A stretch of DNA of 64,000 nucleotides, from contig JAHFBG010000003.1 of NCBI GenBank assembly GCA_023250155.1, forward strand, positions 102,040 to 166,039, read 5' to 3'. The notes under the pieces are model-generated. The model was not told the origin of the DNA and searched no databases. It was given only the letters and a program-made list of their open reading frames with translations. Below, one piece after another: positions 40,453 to 49,883 of this stretch. A program made the translations under genes and the position numbers. Position 1 is the first letter of the stretch. Every line of letters begins with the position of its first letter. This DNA is from Candidatus Melainabacteria bacterium. GTDB lineage: Bacteria; Cyanobacteriota; Vampirovibrionia; 2-02-FULL-35-15.

Positions 40453-40722
40453 CTACAAAGATATTTTTTTAGCAGATAGAATTTTACTCATCGCTTCATC
40501 CATTATTACTAAAACTCATAGTTTCGATGCACTTCTGCCTGGTATATATTTCAATGCACTTCTGCCTGGTATATCTTTCGATGCACTATCGATCTCTTTT
40601 ACATACTCTAAATCATGTAAAATTCTTAAAGCATCTTTATCATCTTTTGCAGTGATTTCCACAGTAATTTTTTTATACCCAGTTAAATTAAATCCTTCAG
40701 CATTTTGTAATTGAATTTTCAT
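40453..40722 (-). pseudogene. Paralog of the multi-ACP protein N-terminal domain with in-frame TGA and 27-bp duplication
   Basis: KKIT.EITAKDDKDALRIL shared with the downstream gene; GRSASKL*VLVIMDEAM aligns with GRSASKPWVLVVMDEAM. Confidence 0.75.
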
Positions 40723-40825
40723 AAGTTAAACTCCTATATTTTGACTAAGAAATATTACATCAAATATACAAATTAATGGGTTAAGAAATTGCACATGTAG
40801 GAAATTGTCGCGCTCACGAGCAAAA

Positions 40826-40853
40826 CGAGTGACTTGCCGCGGCAAGCCACTAC
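40826..40853. repeat. REP-like palindrome
   Basis: GAGTGACTTGCCGCGGCAAGCCACTAC; a related copy GTAGGGGCTGCAGTAAGCCACTAC lies at 40433-40456. Confidence 0.7.
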
Positions 40854-41218
40854 TAGGCTGCTTTATTTTCTGGTTTTGTCTTATTTAGCTGGTCAGCTAT
40901 ATGATCAACAACTTCTCTTACTGTAAGGATTTCAATGGGTTTCATTTTGAATTTAATTCCAAATCTTGATTCAATATCTTCAATTAAATTAGTATCATCA
41001 TCTTCAAGACACACCTCTATAGGGGCTAAAATAGCAAAATCTACATTTATGTGATCTGAGATTTTATCGTCTTCTCTTATATCAAAAGCAGGGGAGGTAG
41101 AGTATGTTGCTAATATAGATTTAAATTCTTTTAAGACCTGTGTTCTATTTGTACTTGGTTGAGCTAATTGTCTATTTAAAAAAATTGAATGGCTATCTTG
41201 AATTAAGCTAATTCCCAT
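40853..41218 (-). CDS. ACP-fold protein lacking the phosphopantetheine serine
   Basis: FKSIL...DIREDDKISDHINVDF...IEDIESRFGIKF....ILTVREVVDHI; GGAGG RBS. Confidence 0.6.
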   Translation of the reverse strand: MGISLIQDSHSIFLNRQLAQPSTNRTQVLKEFKSILATYSTSPAFDIREDDKISDHINVDFAILAPIEVCLEDDDTNLIEDIESRFGIKFKMKPIEILTVREVVDHIADQLNKTKPENKAA

Positions 41219-41278
41219 ATGTTTTCCCCTCCAAATTTAAAATTTGAATAATATTACTACAAGTTATGAATTAATGGG

Positions 41279-42625
41279 TTAAGAAATGGCCGTACTTGTA
41301 GGTGTGAGTCGCGACGCACACCTACGGGGTAAATCTAAAACCCTCTCAAATACCACATCTACATTCTTTAAAAGACTTGTTGGGTTAAAACACTCATTGA
41401 TTTCTTTTTCACTTAAATGTTTTAAAACATCTTTGTCGGCTAATAAATTTGACTTAAAATCACCATCTTTTTTATTCCATGCTAAGTGTGCATTTTTTTG
41501 GACTAGCTTATATGCAGCCTCTCTCTCTAAACCCTTGTCAATAAGCTTTAATAAAACTGTTTGAGAAAAAACTACACCACCAAACTTGAACATATTTTCT
41601 TTCATGTTTTCAGGATAAACATTTAATTTAAAGATTATTTCATTTATTCTATCTAGCATAAAATCAACTGTTGTAGTAGCGTCAGGCAATATCACTCTTT
41701 CAACTGAACTGTGACTAATATCTCTTTCATGCCAAAGAGATATATTTTCTAATGCCGCTTGTGCATTAGATCTCACAAGTCTTGCTAAACCACAAAGATT
41801 TTCTGATCTCCACGGATTTCTTTTATGTGGCATTGCAGAGCTACCTTTTTGATTTGCATAGAATGGTTCTTCTACTTCTAGAACCTCAGTTCTTTGAAGA
41901 TGTCTTATTTCAGTAGCTATTTTTTCAATTATGCCTGCTATTAATGCTAGCTCGCAAACATAGTTTGCATGCCTATCACGGCTTATGATTTGAGTGGTAA
42001 TCAATGCAGGTCTTAATCCTAAATTCTTACTTGCTATTTCTTCAACTCTTGGATCAATGTTTGAGTATGTTCCAACTGCACCAGAAAACATACCTACACT
42101 AGCCTCTTCAATAGCATATTCAAATCTTATTTTTGCCCTGTTTAACTCTTCCCAAAAACCAAGTAATTTCAATCCAAAGGTAGTGGGCTCAGCATGAACA
42201 CCATGTGTTCTGCCAATACAAACAGTGTTTTTGTATTCACCTGCTTTACTTTTTAAGGTAAACAAAAATTTATCAATGCCTTCAATAATCATTTCACCAG
42301 CTTGTTTTAAGAGTAATGATAATGATGTATCAATTAAATCAGAGCTTGTCATTCCAAGATGTAAAAATCTGCTATCTGGTCCAATGGATTCATTTACACA
42401 TGTTAAAAATGCAATTACATCATGGTGTACTTCTTTATCGATTTCATTTATGCGCTTTATGTCAAAGCTTGCTTTTTCTTTTATCTTTTTTAGTGATTCT
42501 TTTGGTACTTGATTTAATTCACACAATGCTTCAGTTGCTGCAATTTCTATTTTTAACCAAACATCATATTTATTCTCTTCTGACCATATTTTTGCTAATT
42601 GCGGCCTTGTATATCTTTCTATCAA
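41279..42625 (-). CDS. purB: Adenylosuccinate lyase
   Basis: HDVIAF, HLGMTSSD, GRTHGVHAEPTTFG, GSSAMPHKRNP, WHERDISHSSVER. Confidence 0.97.
   Translation of the reverse strand: MIERYTRPQLAKIWSEENKYDVWLKIEIAATEALCELNQVPKESLKKIKEKASFDIKRINEIDKEVHHDVIAFLTCVNESIGPDSRFLHLGMTSSDLIDTSLSLLLKQAGEMIIEGIDKFLFTLKSKAGEYKNTVCIGRTHGVHAEPTTFGLKLLGFWEELNRAKIRFEYAIEEASVGMFSGAVGTYSNIDPRVEEIASKNLGLRPALITTQIISRDRHANYVCELALIAGIIEKIATEIRHLQRTEVLEVEEPFYANQKGSSAMPHKRNPWRSENLCGLARLVRSNAQAALENISLWHERDISHSSVERVILPDATTTVDFMLDRINEIIFKLNVYPENMKENMFKFGGVVFSQTVLLKLIDKGLEREAAYKLVQKNAHLAWNKKDGDFKSNLLADKDVLKHLSEKEINECFNPTSLLKNVDVVFERVLDLPRRCASRLTPTSTAIS
41298..41325. repeat. 28-bp REP-like palindrome in the purB 3' end
   Basis: GTAGGTGTGAGTCGCGACGCACACCTAC, read as RRCASRLTPT. 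Confidence 0.75.
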
Positions 42626-42716
42626 TTATCTATCCTACTTTCCTTGTTCTTATTCAGGTGGCTTTAATATAGTTGATGACAGAGGACAAGATATATTCTA
42701 CAATAGTCTAATTATC

Positions 42717-44264
42717 ATGCCTACTACTACACAAGAAAACCTAATAAAAGTAGTTAATCCATCAAGTGGTGAAGTGATTTCTACCGTTTCATACACACAG
42801 GATGTACAGATTGAAAAAATTGTAGACAATGCAAAAGAAGCATTTTTACTATGGAAAAACTTAAGTGTAGAAAAAAGAATTGAATATTTAAAAAAGATCT
42901 ATGAAGTAATTATTAATGATAAAAACAATATTGCTAAGACTATAACTCAAAACAATGGAAAACCTCTGACAGAGTGCTATCTAACAGAAATCGCATCTAC
43001 GCTCCAAGTGATGGAATACTTTATTAAACATGGTAGCGAGCTCTTAGGTGAAAAGAATATACCACTGGGTCCTATCTACCCTATGAAGAAAAGCTCTTTA
43101 GCCTATGAACCATATGGTGTAGTGGCTATTATTGAGCCGTGGAATTATCCTTTCTACATACCATTTTCAGCTATTACTAAAGCACTTATCACAGGCAATA
43201 CATTTGTGTTTAAACCCTCTAGCACTGTTTCTTTAGTAGGAAAACTAATTGAAGAGATTTTATTAAAAGCAAATCTACCTCCCCATGTAACAAATATTAT
43301 CTATGGAAATGGGACTACAGCAGAAATACTTATTAACAGTGATATAGATATGGTAGTTTTTACAGGCTCAGTCAATGTAGGTAAAAAAATTGCTGCTCAA
43401 TGTATACAGAAACTATTACCTATGTGTCTTGAACTTGGTGGCAAAGATCCTGCAATTGTATTGAAAAACTGCAATATTGACTATGCTGCAGGTGGTGTTT
43501 TATGGGGCGCCTTAACAAACTGTGGACAGGCTTGTGCCTCAATTGAAAGAGTTTATGTTGATTCAAGTATTCATGATGAGTTTGTAGAAAAGATATCGAA
43601 ACTAGCAAGTGAATTAAAAATAGGAGATGGACTTAGTGATGATACAGATATAGGCCCTCTTGTTAATGAAGAGCAATTAAATAAAGTTAAAGAACATATT
43701 GCAGATGCTTTAAGTCAAGGTGCTAAATTACACATAGGTGGAAAGCAAGTCAATAGAAGTGGGTATTTCTTTGAACCTACTGTATTGAGCAATGTTACCC
43801 ATAATATGAAAGTAATGAAGGAAGAAACTTTTGGTCCTATTATTCCTATTATGAAATTTGATACCGTAGATGAAGCTATATTCTTAGCTAATGATACAAG
43901 GTATGGGTTATCTGCAAGTGTATGGAGTAGTGAAATCGAAGGAGCAAGAAAAATTGTTAATAGTTTAAATTGTGGGACTGTATGGGTAAATGACTCTTTA
44001 TTTCTACAAGCTCATCCAGCATGTCCATGGATAGGTTATAAAGATAGTGGTTATGGGAACTCTTCTATTTATCAGTTTGTTAAAACAAAACATATAAGCA
44101 TAGATCAAGGGTATATTCCAAGCATACGCCCAAAAAGCTTTTGGTGGTACCCATATAAGGGGAAATCAAAATCTTATTCTGATTTAATAGAGATTGTTTT
44201 TAAAACCGGATTAAAAAATAAAGCAAAAGCTACTTTTCAAGCACTTGTTGATTTATTAAAATAA
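42717..44264 (+). CDS. Aldehyde dehydrogenase family protein
   Basis: PWNYP, FTGS, ELGGKDP, GQAC, EETFGP, YGLSAS. Confidence 0.93.
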   Translation: MPTTTQENLIKVVNPSSGEVISTVSYTQDVQIEKIVDNAKEAFLLWKNLSVEKRIEYLKKIYEVIINDKNNIAKTITQNNGKPLTECYLTEIASTLQVMEYFIKHGSELLGEKNIPLGPIYPMKKSSLAYEPYGVVAIIEPWNYPFYIPFSAITKALITGNTFVFKPSSTVSLVGKLIEEILLKANLPPHVTNIIYGNGTTAEILINSDIDMVVFTGSVNVGKKIAAQCIQKLLPMCLELGGKDPAIVLKNCNIDYAAGGVLWGALTNCGQACASIERVYVDSSIHDEFVEKISKLASELKIGDGLSDDTDIGPLVNEEQLNKVKEHIADALSQGAKLHIGGKQVNRSGYFFEPTVLSNVTHNMKVMKEETFGPIIPIMKFDTVDEAIFLANDTRYGLSASVWSSEIEGARKIVNSLNCGTVWVNDSLFLQAHPACPWIGYKDSGYGNSSIYQFVKTKHISIDQGYIPSIRPKSFWWYPYKGKSKSYSDLIEIVFKTGLKNKAKATFQALVDLLK

Positions 44265-44276
44265 AAAATCTGAAGA

Positions 44277-44747
44277 CTAGTCCACAGAATGATTTTCTTT
44301 TTGAATAGCTTGTAAGTTTTTGATTTCTCTCTCTTTATCATCCCTCATCATATTTAAGAGAAGTTGTTTTTTTATATCTTCTAACACTTTTTTGTGTGCC
44401 TTATCAGTAAACTTTTTATATACAACATCTACACCCTTATCTTTACTTTTATATATTTCATTACTTATATCTGTAAATTTTTGATTGAAAAGCTTTTCTA
44501 TTCTCTTTTTAAAATCTCCCTCTGAAATACCTTCATTAAAAGTAGTATTAGGATTGTCTTTAGGTAAGCCTTGCATTGCTATTTTGTAACCAGCCTCATT
44601 ACTACCAGCATTTTTCCACCTTTTAAAGAAGTCTTGAATCATGGATACATTGGCCAGATCTTCAGTTACTTTTCCATAGGTAGCATTAAGATATGTCTTA
44701 TCATCTCCAAGAGCTTTTATTTGTGCTGTTAAATATTCTTTCTTCAT
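44277..44747 (-). CDS. Hypothetical Lys-rich protein
   Basis: 156-aa ORF, no motif. Confidence 0.5.
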   Translation of the reverse strand: MKKEYLTAQIKALGDDKTYLNATYGKVTEDLANVSMIQDFFKRWKNAGSNEAGYKIAMQGLPKDNPNTTFNEGISEGDFKKRIEKLFNQKFTDISNEIYKSKDKGVDVVYKKFTDKAHKKVLEDIKKQLLLNMMRDDKEREIKNLQAIQKENHSVD

Positions 44748-45480
44748 AGAGGTAACAACCTTTTTATGACAATACCTTACTAGAGGAGGGTTATGGAAAA
44801 GTTAAATCTTTAGTCAAATAGGAAAGTCTTAATAAATCATCAGGGGAAAACCTAATAGTTCATACCTGAATTTCTTCTTTCAGTACTATATCTGTTCATT
44901 TTTTGCCCTGGATCCAATCCTTGAAGGATGTATAGCATTACAATGGTTATAAGAAGATTATGATTTTATACCAAATAAGGGAAGGACTGATTAGAGGAGT
45001 TCTAGAGATAAAAACTTAAAGATGGCAAAAACTCAAAACGACAAAAACCTCTGAGTATCCTTATCTTCAGATCTAGACCCTATCTATCTTCTAGTCTTCT
45101 TGGACTCTCCAGACCTTGAGGTGGCACTTTTAGCTTTTAAATCGTCTGGGTATATTAAAACAAAGAATTCAATTATGTTACCAAGAATCATTTTTATCAT
45201 ATTTACCATAGCATTTATTGTGTATACTTGGACGCATGCCGGCCAAGCAAATTCAAGTGCTTCAATTAAAACAATAGCTAATAGCGTTAAAGCACAAGAT
45301 CTATAGAATGTAATACATTTATAAGAAAATAGAGTATTGAGTATAGAAGGGAGAAAACAGGCATTGCCTCTCTATCTTCTATTCTATTCTCTACTCTTCT
45401 ATGTACACCCTATTCCCTAATACTTACTCTCGATATATAATCACATAACAGGTGTAAAGAACTTATAAAAGGAGATTATT

Positions 45481-45780
45481 ATGGCAAAGAAAACAGAAAA
45501 GAAAACAGTGAAGAAAGCTACTACAAGAAAACCAAATGCAGCATTTATGAAACCATTACAACCAGATGATGCATTAGCACAAGTAGTAGGCTCAAAACCA
45601 CTTCCTAGAACAGAGATCACTAAAAAACTCTGGGCATATATAAAGAAAAATAAATTGCAAAATGAAAAGAATAGAAGAAACATAGATGCTGATGATGTTT
45701 TAAGACCTATCTTCAATGGTAAAAAACAAGTCAGTATGTTTGAAATGACAAAACTAGTTGCGCAACACGTTTCAAAATAA
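45481..45780 (+). CDS. SWIB/MDM2-domain protein
   Basis: LAQVVGSKPLPRTEITKKLWAYIKKNKLQ...RRNIDADD.L..IF....VSMFEM; Lys-rich N-terminal tail; AAGGAG RBS. Confidence 0.93.
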   Translation: MAKKTEKKTVKKATTRKPNAAFMKPLQPDDALAQVVGSKPLPRTEITKKLWAYIKKNKLQNEKNRRNIDADDVLRPIFNGKKQVSMFEMTKLVAQHVSK

Positions 45781-45801
45781 TATGTACCTAAGATAAAACA
45801 T

Positions 45802-45834
45802 AAAGAGAGAACAATCACTGTTCTCTCTTTTTTT
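45802..45834 (+). terminator. Intrinsic terminator
   Basis: AAAGAGAGAACA-ATCAC-TGTTCTCTCTTT followed by a T run. Confidence 0.8.
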
Positions 45835-45841
45835 ATTTAAA

Positions 45842-47206
45842 ATGGAAAATAATAACAAAAATAAAATTGTATTATTGATTGGTTGTTTCTTTATATTCTA
45901 TTTATGGGTTGCAACAAAGAGTTCTCTCACTTTTCATTTTGAACAAGATCATAGAAATTATTACCACCTTTTAACAGATGCATTTATAAATAGAAAACTT
46001 GATCTGTTAATCAAACCTCCACAAGGATTAATAGAATTAAAAAATCCTTATGACCCTGAAACTAATGGGTTTTATAGATGGCATGGCTTTCACGACTTAT
46101 CATATTACAAAGAAAAACTCTATTTATACTTTGGACCAACACCAGTATTGCTCCTATATGTTCCTTATAAATTATTGTTTAATAAAGGGTTACCAGATGC
46201 TTTTGCTATATTTGTTTTTACCTTTGCTACACTTATTTTTTCTGTGCTGTTTTTACTAAACATTAAAAATACTTATTTGAAGAACCTTCCAGATTGGGCT
46301 TTGTTATTAGGTATATTAATTATAGGGATATCAAATTTAAGCATCTACTTTTTACATCATCCATCAGTTTATATAATAGCTATTTCATCAGGAATGTGTT
46401 TCTTAACAGGTGCTTTGTATTTTTTTTCTAAGTCACTTAATAACTTTAATTTAAAATGGATTTCATCAGGAAGCATATTATTAGGCTTAGCAATTGGTGG
46501 AAGATTTTATCTTGTTTTTATAGGTAGCATTTTACTGATCTTTATGTGGATTAATCAAAGCAAAGGAAGTATGCAGTTACAAAATATTTCCGAATCATCA
46601 TTTAGAAAGGCTTTAATAGTTCCGTTTAGTCTTTGTGCAATAGCTCATTTTTTGTATAACTATTTAAGGTTTGATAATATCTTTGAAAATGGTTGTACTT
46701 ATCAAGTCACTATTTGGCAAGTAAAATTTTCTTACCTTAATACTATTAATAGTATTTGTCCAAATTTATATAATTATTTATTGAAACCACCTGTGTTTAT
46801 AAAAAGCTTTCCATTCTTAAAAATAGATTATTGGCAGCCTGACTTTCGTGTATTAGGAGCTCCTGAACCAATAATAGGAACATTATTTCTTTCACCATTT
46901 GTACTTGTCTTTTTCATAGGTATTATCCACTATTTAAAAAATAAAAAGATCTATAATAATGATCTTAATTTTCCATTGAAAACAATTTTTATTTTAACTA
47001 TCCCGATCTTAATTAATTTCTTATTTTTACTTTCTTTTAGATATGTAACATTAAGATATATAGCAGATTATTTAAATCTGTTGGTTTTGTCTTCCTGTAT
47101 TTTATGGTTTTATTTCTTTGACAAGTCAAAATTCATAAAGCTATTTGGATTTGTAACTGGGATCATTAGCATTTATGTTGGCATATTTACGACTTTGTTC
47201 AGATAA
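45842..47206 (+). CDS. Polytopic membrane protein (GT-C glycosyltransferase-like)
   Basis: Many TM helices; NPYD...DLSYY..KLYLYFGP.P, YNY.RF..IFE.G, RY..D. Confidence 0.6.
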   Translation: MENNNKNKIVLLIGCFFIFYLWVATKSSLTFHFEQDHRNYYHLLTDAFINRKLDLLIKPPQGLIELKNPYDPETNGFYRWHGFHDLSYYKEKLYLYFGPTPVLLLYVPYKLLFNKGLPDAFAIFVFTFATLIFSVLFLLNIKNTYLKNLPDWALLLGILIIGISNLSIYFLHHPSVYIIAISSGMCFLTGALYFFSKSLNNFNLKWISSGSILLGLAIGGRFYLVFIGSILLIFMWINQSKGSMQLQNISESSFRKALIVPFSLCAIAHFLYNYLRFDNIFENGCTYQVTIWQVKFSYLNTINSICPNLYNYLLKPPVFIKSFPFLKIDYWQPDFRVLGAPEPIIGTLFLSPFVLVFFIGIIHYLKNKKIYNNDLNFPLKTIFILTIPILINFLFLLSFRYVTLRYIADYLNLLVLSSCILWFYFFDKSKFIKLFGFVTGIISIYVGIFTTLFR

Positions 47207-47953
47207 TTTGAGTCCTATGATGCTTACACCATACAAAACAATTAATATTCCACTTACAATGCTCATATTAAAAGGATCTGGTGTAGGTGTAAGAAGTGCG
47301 CCAGAAACTACACTGGTTAGAATTGCATATCTCCAATTTTTTATTAGTATTTGAGAGTTCACTATTCCTATATTTGCCAGCGCAAAAATAAGAACTGGTA
47401 AAAGAAAGGCACATCCACAAATAGCCATAATCATTAGAGTAAATGAGATGAAGCTCTCTATACTAATGCTAGTTAAAATCACATCTTTTCCAAACCCAAA
47501 CAAAAAACTAAGCATTGAAGGTGCTACAAAAAAATATGAAAATAATATACCTAAACAAAATAACAAAGGCGAACTAATAAGTATTGGTGTTATCATTTTT
47601 CTTTCTTTATGATTCAATCCCGGTAAAATAAAACTTGATAATTGCCAGATAATAAGCGGTGATGAAATCAAGAGTCCTATATAAAGGGCTATCCTAAAGC
47701 TTGTAAAGAAAAACTCTCCTGGTTTAATCTGAAGAAAAGTAGTACCCTGCGGAGCAATGCTTGTTAATAACCTAATGACTTCTTTGCTATAAGTAAAACC
47801 AATTGTTGTTGTAATAGTAAGAACAATCAGTGAAACTATAATTTTAATTCTTAGTTCATCCAGATGCTTGGACAATGGCATTAAAGGACTATCATCAGAA
47901 TCATCGCTATCCTTGTTTTTATATAGATCTAATTGTTTTGTAGAAATTGGCAT
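47141..47953 (-). CDS. tatC: Twin-arginine translocase subunit TatC
   Basis: MPLSKHLDELR, PGEFF, FILPGL..KER, LTPTPDPF. Confidence 0.95.
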   Translation of the reverse strand: MPISTKQLDLYKNKDSDDSDDSPLMPLSKHLDELRIKIIVSLIVLTITTTIGFTYSKEVIRLLTSIAPQGTTFLQIKPGEFFFTSFRIALYIGLLISSPLIIWQLSSFILPGLNHKERKMITPILISSPLLFCLGILFSYFFVAPSMLSFLFGFGKDVILTSISIESFISFTLMIMAICGCAFLLPVLIFALANIGIVNSQILIKNWRYAILTSVVSGALLTPTPDPFNMSIVSGILIVLYGVSIIGLKLSEQSRKYANINANDPSYKSK

Positions 47954-47959
47954 TACATC

Positions 47960-49075
47960 TTACTTTACAATAACAAGATCATCCCTGTGTATAATTGTTT
48001 CTCCATAAGTATAACCCAAGGTTTTTTCTATGATAGAACTTTTTAAGCCCATTATTTTTTCTATATCTAGATTGCTATAGTTTGTAATGCCTTTAGCAAA
48101 AGGCTTGTTTGAGTTGAGAAGACAAATTTCTATCGCAGATCCTCTATCAAAACTACCACTTATTTTTTTAACACCCGCTGGTAATAAACTTTTCCCATTA
48201 TTTACCAAGGCTTTTTGAGCCCCGCTATCTACATAGACTTTTCCATTACTTACCAAAGTATGAGCAATCCAACTTTTTCGTTTATCAATTTTATTTGTAC
48301 TTGGCAAAAACGTTGTCCCAATTTCTTTATCATTTAATATTTCAAGAATTAATTCAGGTTCTTTTCCATATATTATGTGAGTTTTAATTCCTACATTTGT
48401 AGCAAGCTTTGCTGCATGAATCTTGGAAATCATTCCACCTGAGCTAAACTCACTTCCTGTGCCGGCTGCCATTTTTTCAATTTGTGGAGTAATTTTTTCT
48501 ACAACAGGTATGAGTTTTGCATTTTTATTAGTTTTTGGATTTGAATCATATAAGCCTTTTTCATCAGTAAGTATTATCAGTCTATCTACTGAAATCAAAT
48601 CAGCGACCATTGCGCTTAGCATGTCATTATCACCAAATCTTATTTCCTCACTTGCTACAGTATCGTTTTCATTTATTATAGGCAGAACATCTAGGTCAAG
48701 CAATTCTAAAATAGTTTCTCTTGCATTTATATATGTTTCTCTCTGGACAAAACCTTCTCTGGTTAATAATATTTGAGCAATAGGAATCTCATGTTTTGAA
48801 AAGTATTTTTCATAAACCTGCATAAGTAATGCCTGTCCAATAGAGGCACATGCTTGTTTTTTTGAAATAGTTTTTGGTTTTTCTTTTAGGTTTAGTTTCT
48901 TTACTCCAAGTGCAACTGCACCAGAAGTTACAAGAAGTACTTTATGTCCTGATTTTTTTAATTTGGCTATTACCTCTGTAAGTTCTTCAACAACATTAGT
49001 GTTAATACCTTTAGTAATATCGCTTAAAGTATTTGTACCTATTTTTATTATTATTGTTTTGTAGGAGACTTTCAT
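47960..49075 (-). CDS. proB: Glutamate 5-kinase with PUA domain
   Basis: IKIGT, VTSGAV, PIINENDTV, FGDND.LS, GGM.SK, SLLPAG, IHRDDL. Confidence 0.96.
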   Translation of the reverse strand: MKVSYKTIIIKIGTNTLSDITKGINTNVVEELTEVIAKLKKSGHKVLLVTSGAVALGVKKLNLKEKPKTISKKQACASIGQALLMQVYEKYFSKHEIPIAQILLTREGFVQRETYINARETILELLDLDVLPIINENDTVASEEIRFGDNDMLSAMVADLISVDRLIILTDEKGLYDSNPKTNKNAKLIPVVEKITPQIEKMAAGTGSEFSSGGMISKIHAAKLATNVGIKTHIIYGKEPELILEILNDKEIGTTFLPSTNKIDKRKSWIAHTLVSNGKVYVDSGAQKALVNNGKSLLPAGVKKISGSFDRGSAIEICLLNSNKPFAKGITNYSNLDIEKIMGLKSSIIEKTLGYTYGETIIHRDDLVIVK

Positions 49076-49102
49076 CAGGAATTCATTATATAATGATGCC
49101 TA

Positions 49103-49462
49103 ATGATAAATATAAAAAGTATTGTTTCTGGGATATTCCCTGGATTTATTACCAATACAAAATCAAATTTAGATTCAAAAGATAAGCTTCAATCTGATGA
49201 GGCTAAAAATAAGCCTATTGAAGTAATAGTAATTCCTACAAAATCTACAAAAGCAGCAGTACTTCGTGACTGGGTCGCTGCTGGTTTGCTTATAGGATTT
49301 GCAGGATTAACTATTAATGATAGGTTTATCAAACCAAAAGATTTAAGTGATTTAGATCGCATGATAAACATCATTAAAAAATTTGATTCTAATCAAGATG
49401 GACATTTATCTAAAGATGAGTTAGATACAATGACTAAATTTATAAATCAAGTAAAAAAATAG
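49103..49462 (+). CDS. Single-TM protein with EF-hand
   Basis: RDW plus TM helix; FDSNQDGHLSKDEL. Confidence 0.75.
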   Translation: MINIKSIVSGIFPGFITNTKSNLDSKDKLQSDEAKNKPIEVIVIPTKSTKAAVLRDWVAAGLLIGFAGLTINDRFIKPKDLSDLDRMINIIKKFDSNQDGHLSKDELDTMTKFINQVKK

Positions 49463-49470
49463 GATTTCCC

Positions 49471-49869
49471 ATGAGCATACCGATTAATGGACCGCAAGAT
49501 TTTAAACCACCTCAACCTATTCAAAAAACAAATCCGGTTGAACATAAACTAGAAGTGAAAAGTGAGAAGACTGGTGAAGTACTTAATATAACAATCAGCT
49601 TACCTCAAAATACTACTGACTCCCCGCGCTATAAAAAACTAAAAGAAATCAGAGACTGGACTTTAGCGACATGGACATTGATGACTGGAATTATTTTTTC
49701 TATTTGGGGTCTACAAGGTCTTTATGATAGAAATTTTGGGCACAATAGACCCGATATTCAAAATGCAGTACAAGAAAAAAATAAAAAAGAATTAGATGAT
49801 GGTTTAAAATCAATAAATGATGAATTGAAAAGTATTAGAAAGTTGCTTGAGGAGAAGAAAAATAAATAG
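49471..49869 (+). CDS. Single-TM protein with C-terminal coiled coil
   Basis: RDW plus TM helix as in the upstream gene. Confidence 0.65.
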   Translation: MSIPINGPQDFKPPQPIQKTNPVEHKLEVKSEKTGEVLNITISLPQNTTDSPRYKKLKEIRDWTLATWTLMTGIIFSIWGLQGLYDRNFGHNRPDIQNAVQEKNKKELDDGLKSINDELKSIRKLLEEKKNK

Positions 49870-49883
49870 TAAAAGGAGAGACT

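Noticed and set aside
40516..40518. Genome-wide TGA=Trp recoding
   Set aside because: TGA ends ugd, prpB and prpC at expected positions, and core genes are intact under the standard code
45100..45306. Short ORF resembling a signal peptide (MLPRIIFIIF...)
   Set aside because: No clear RBS or mature domain; could be a gene relic, but I cannot support it
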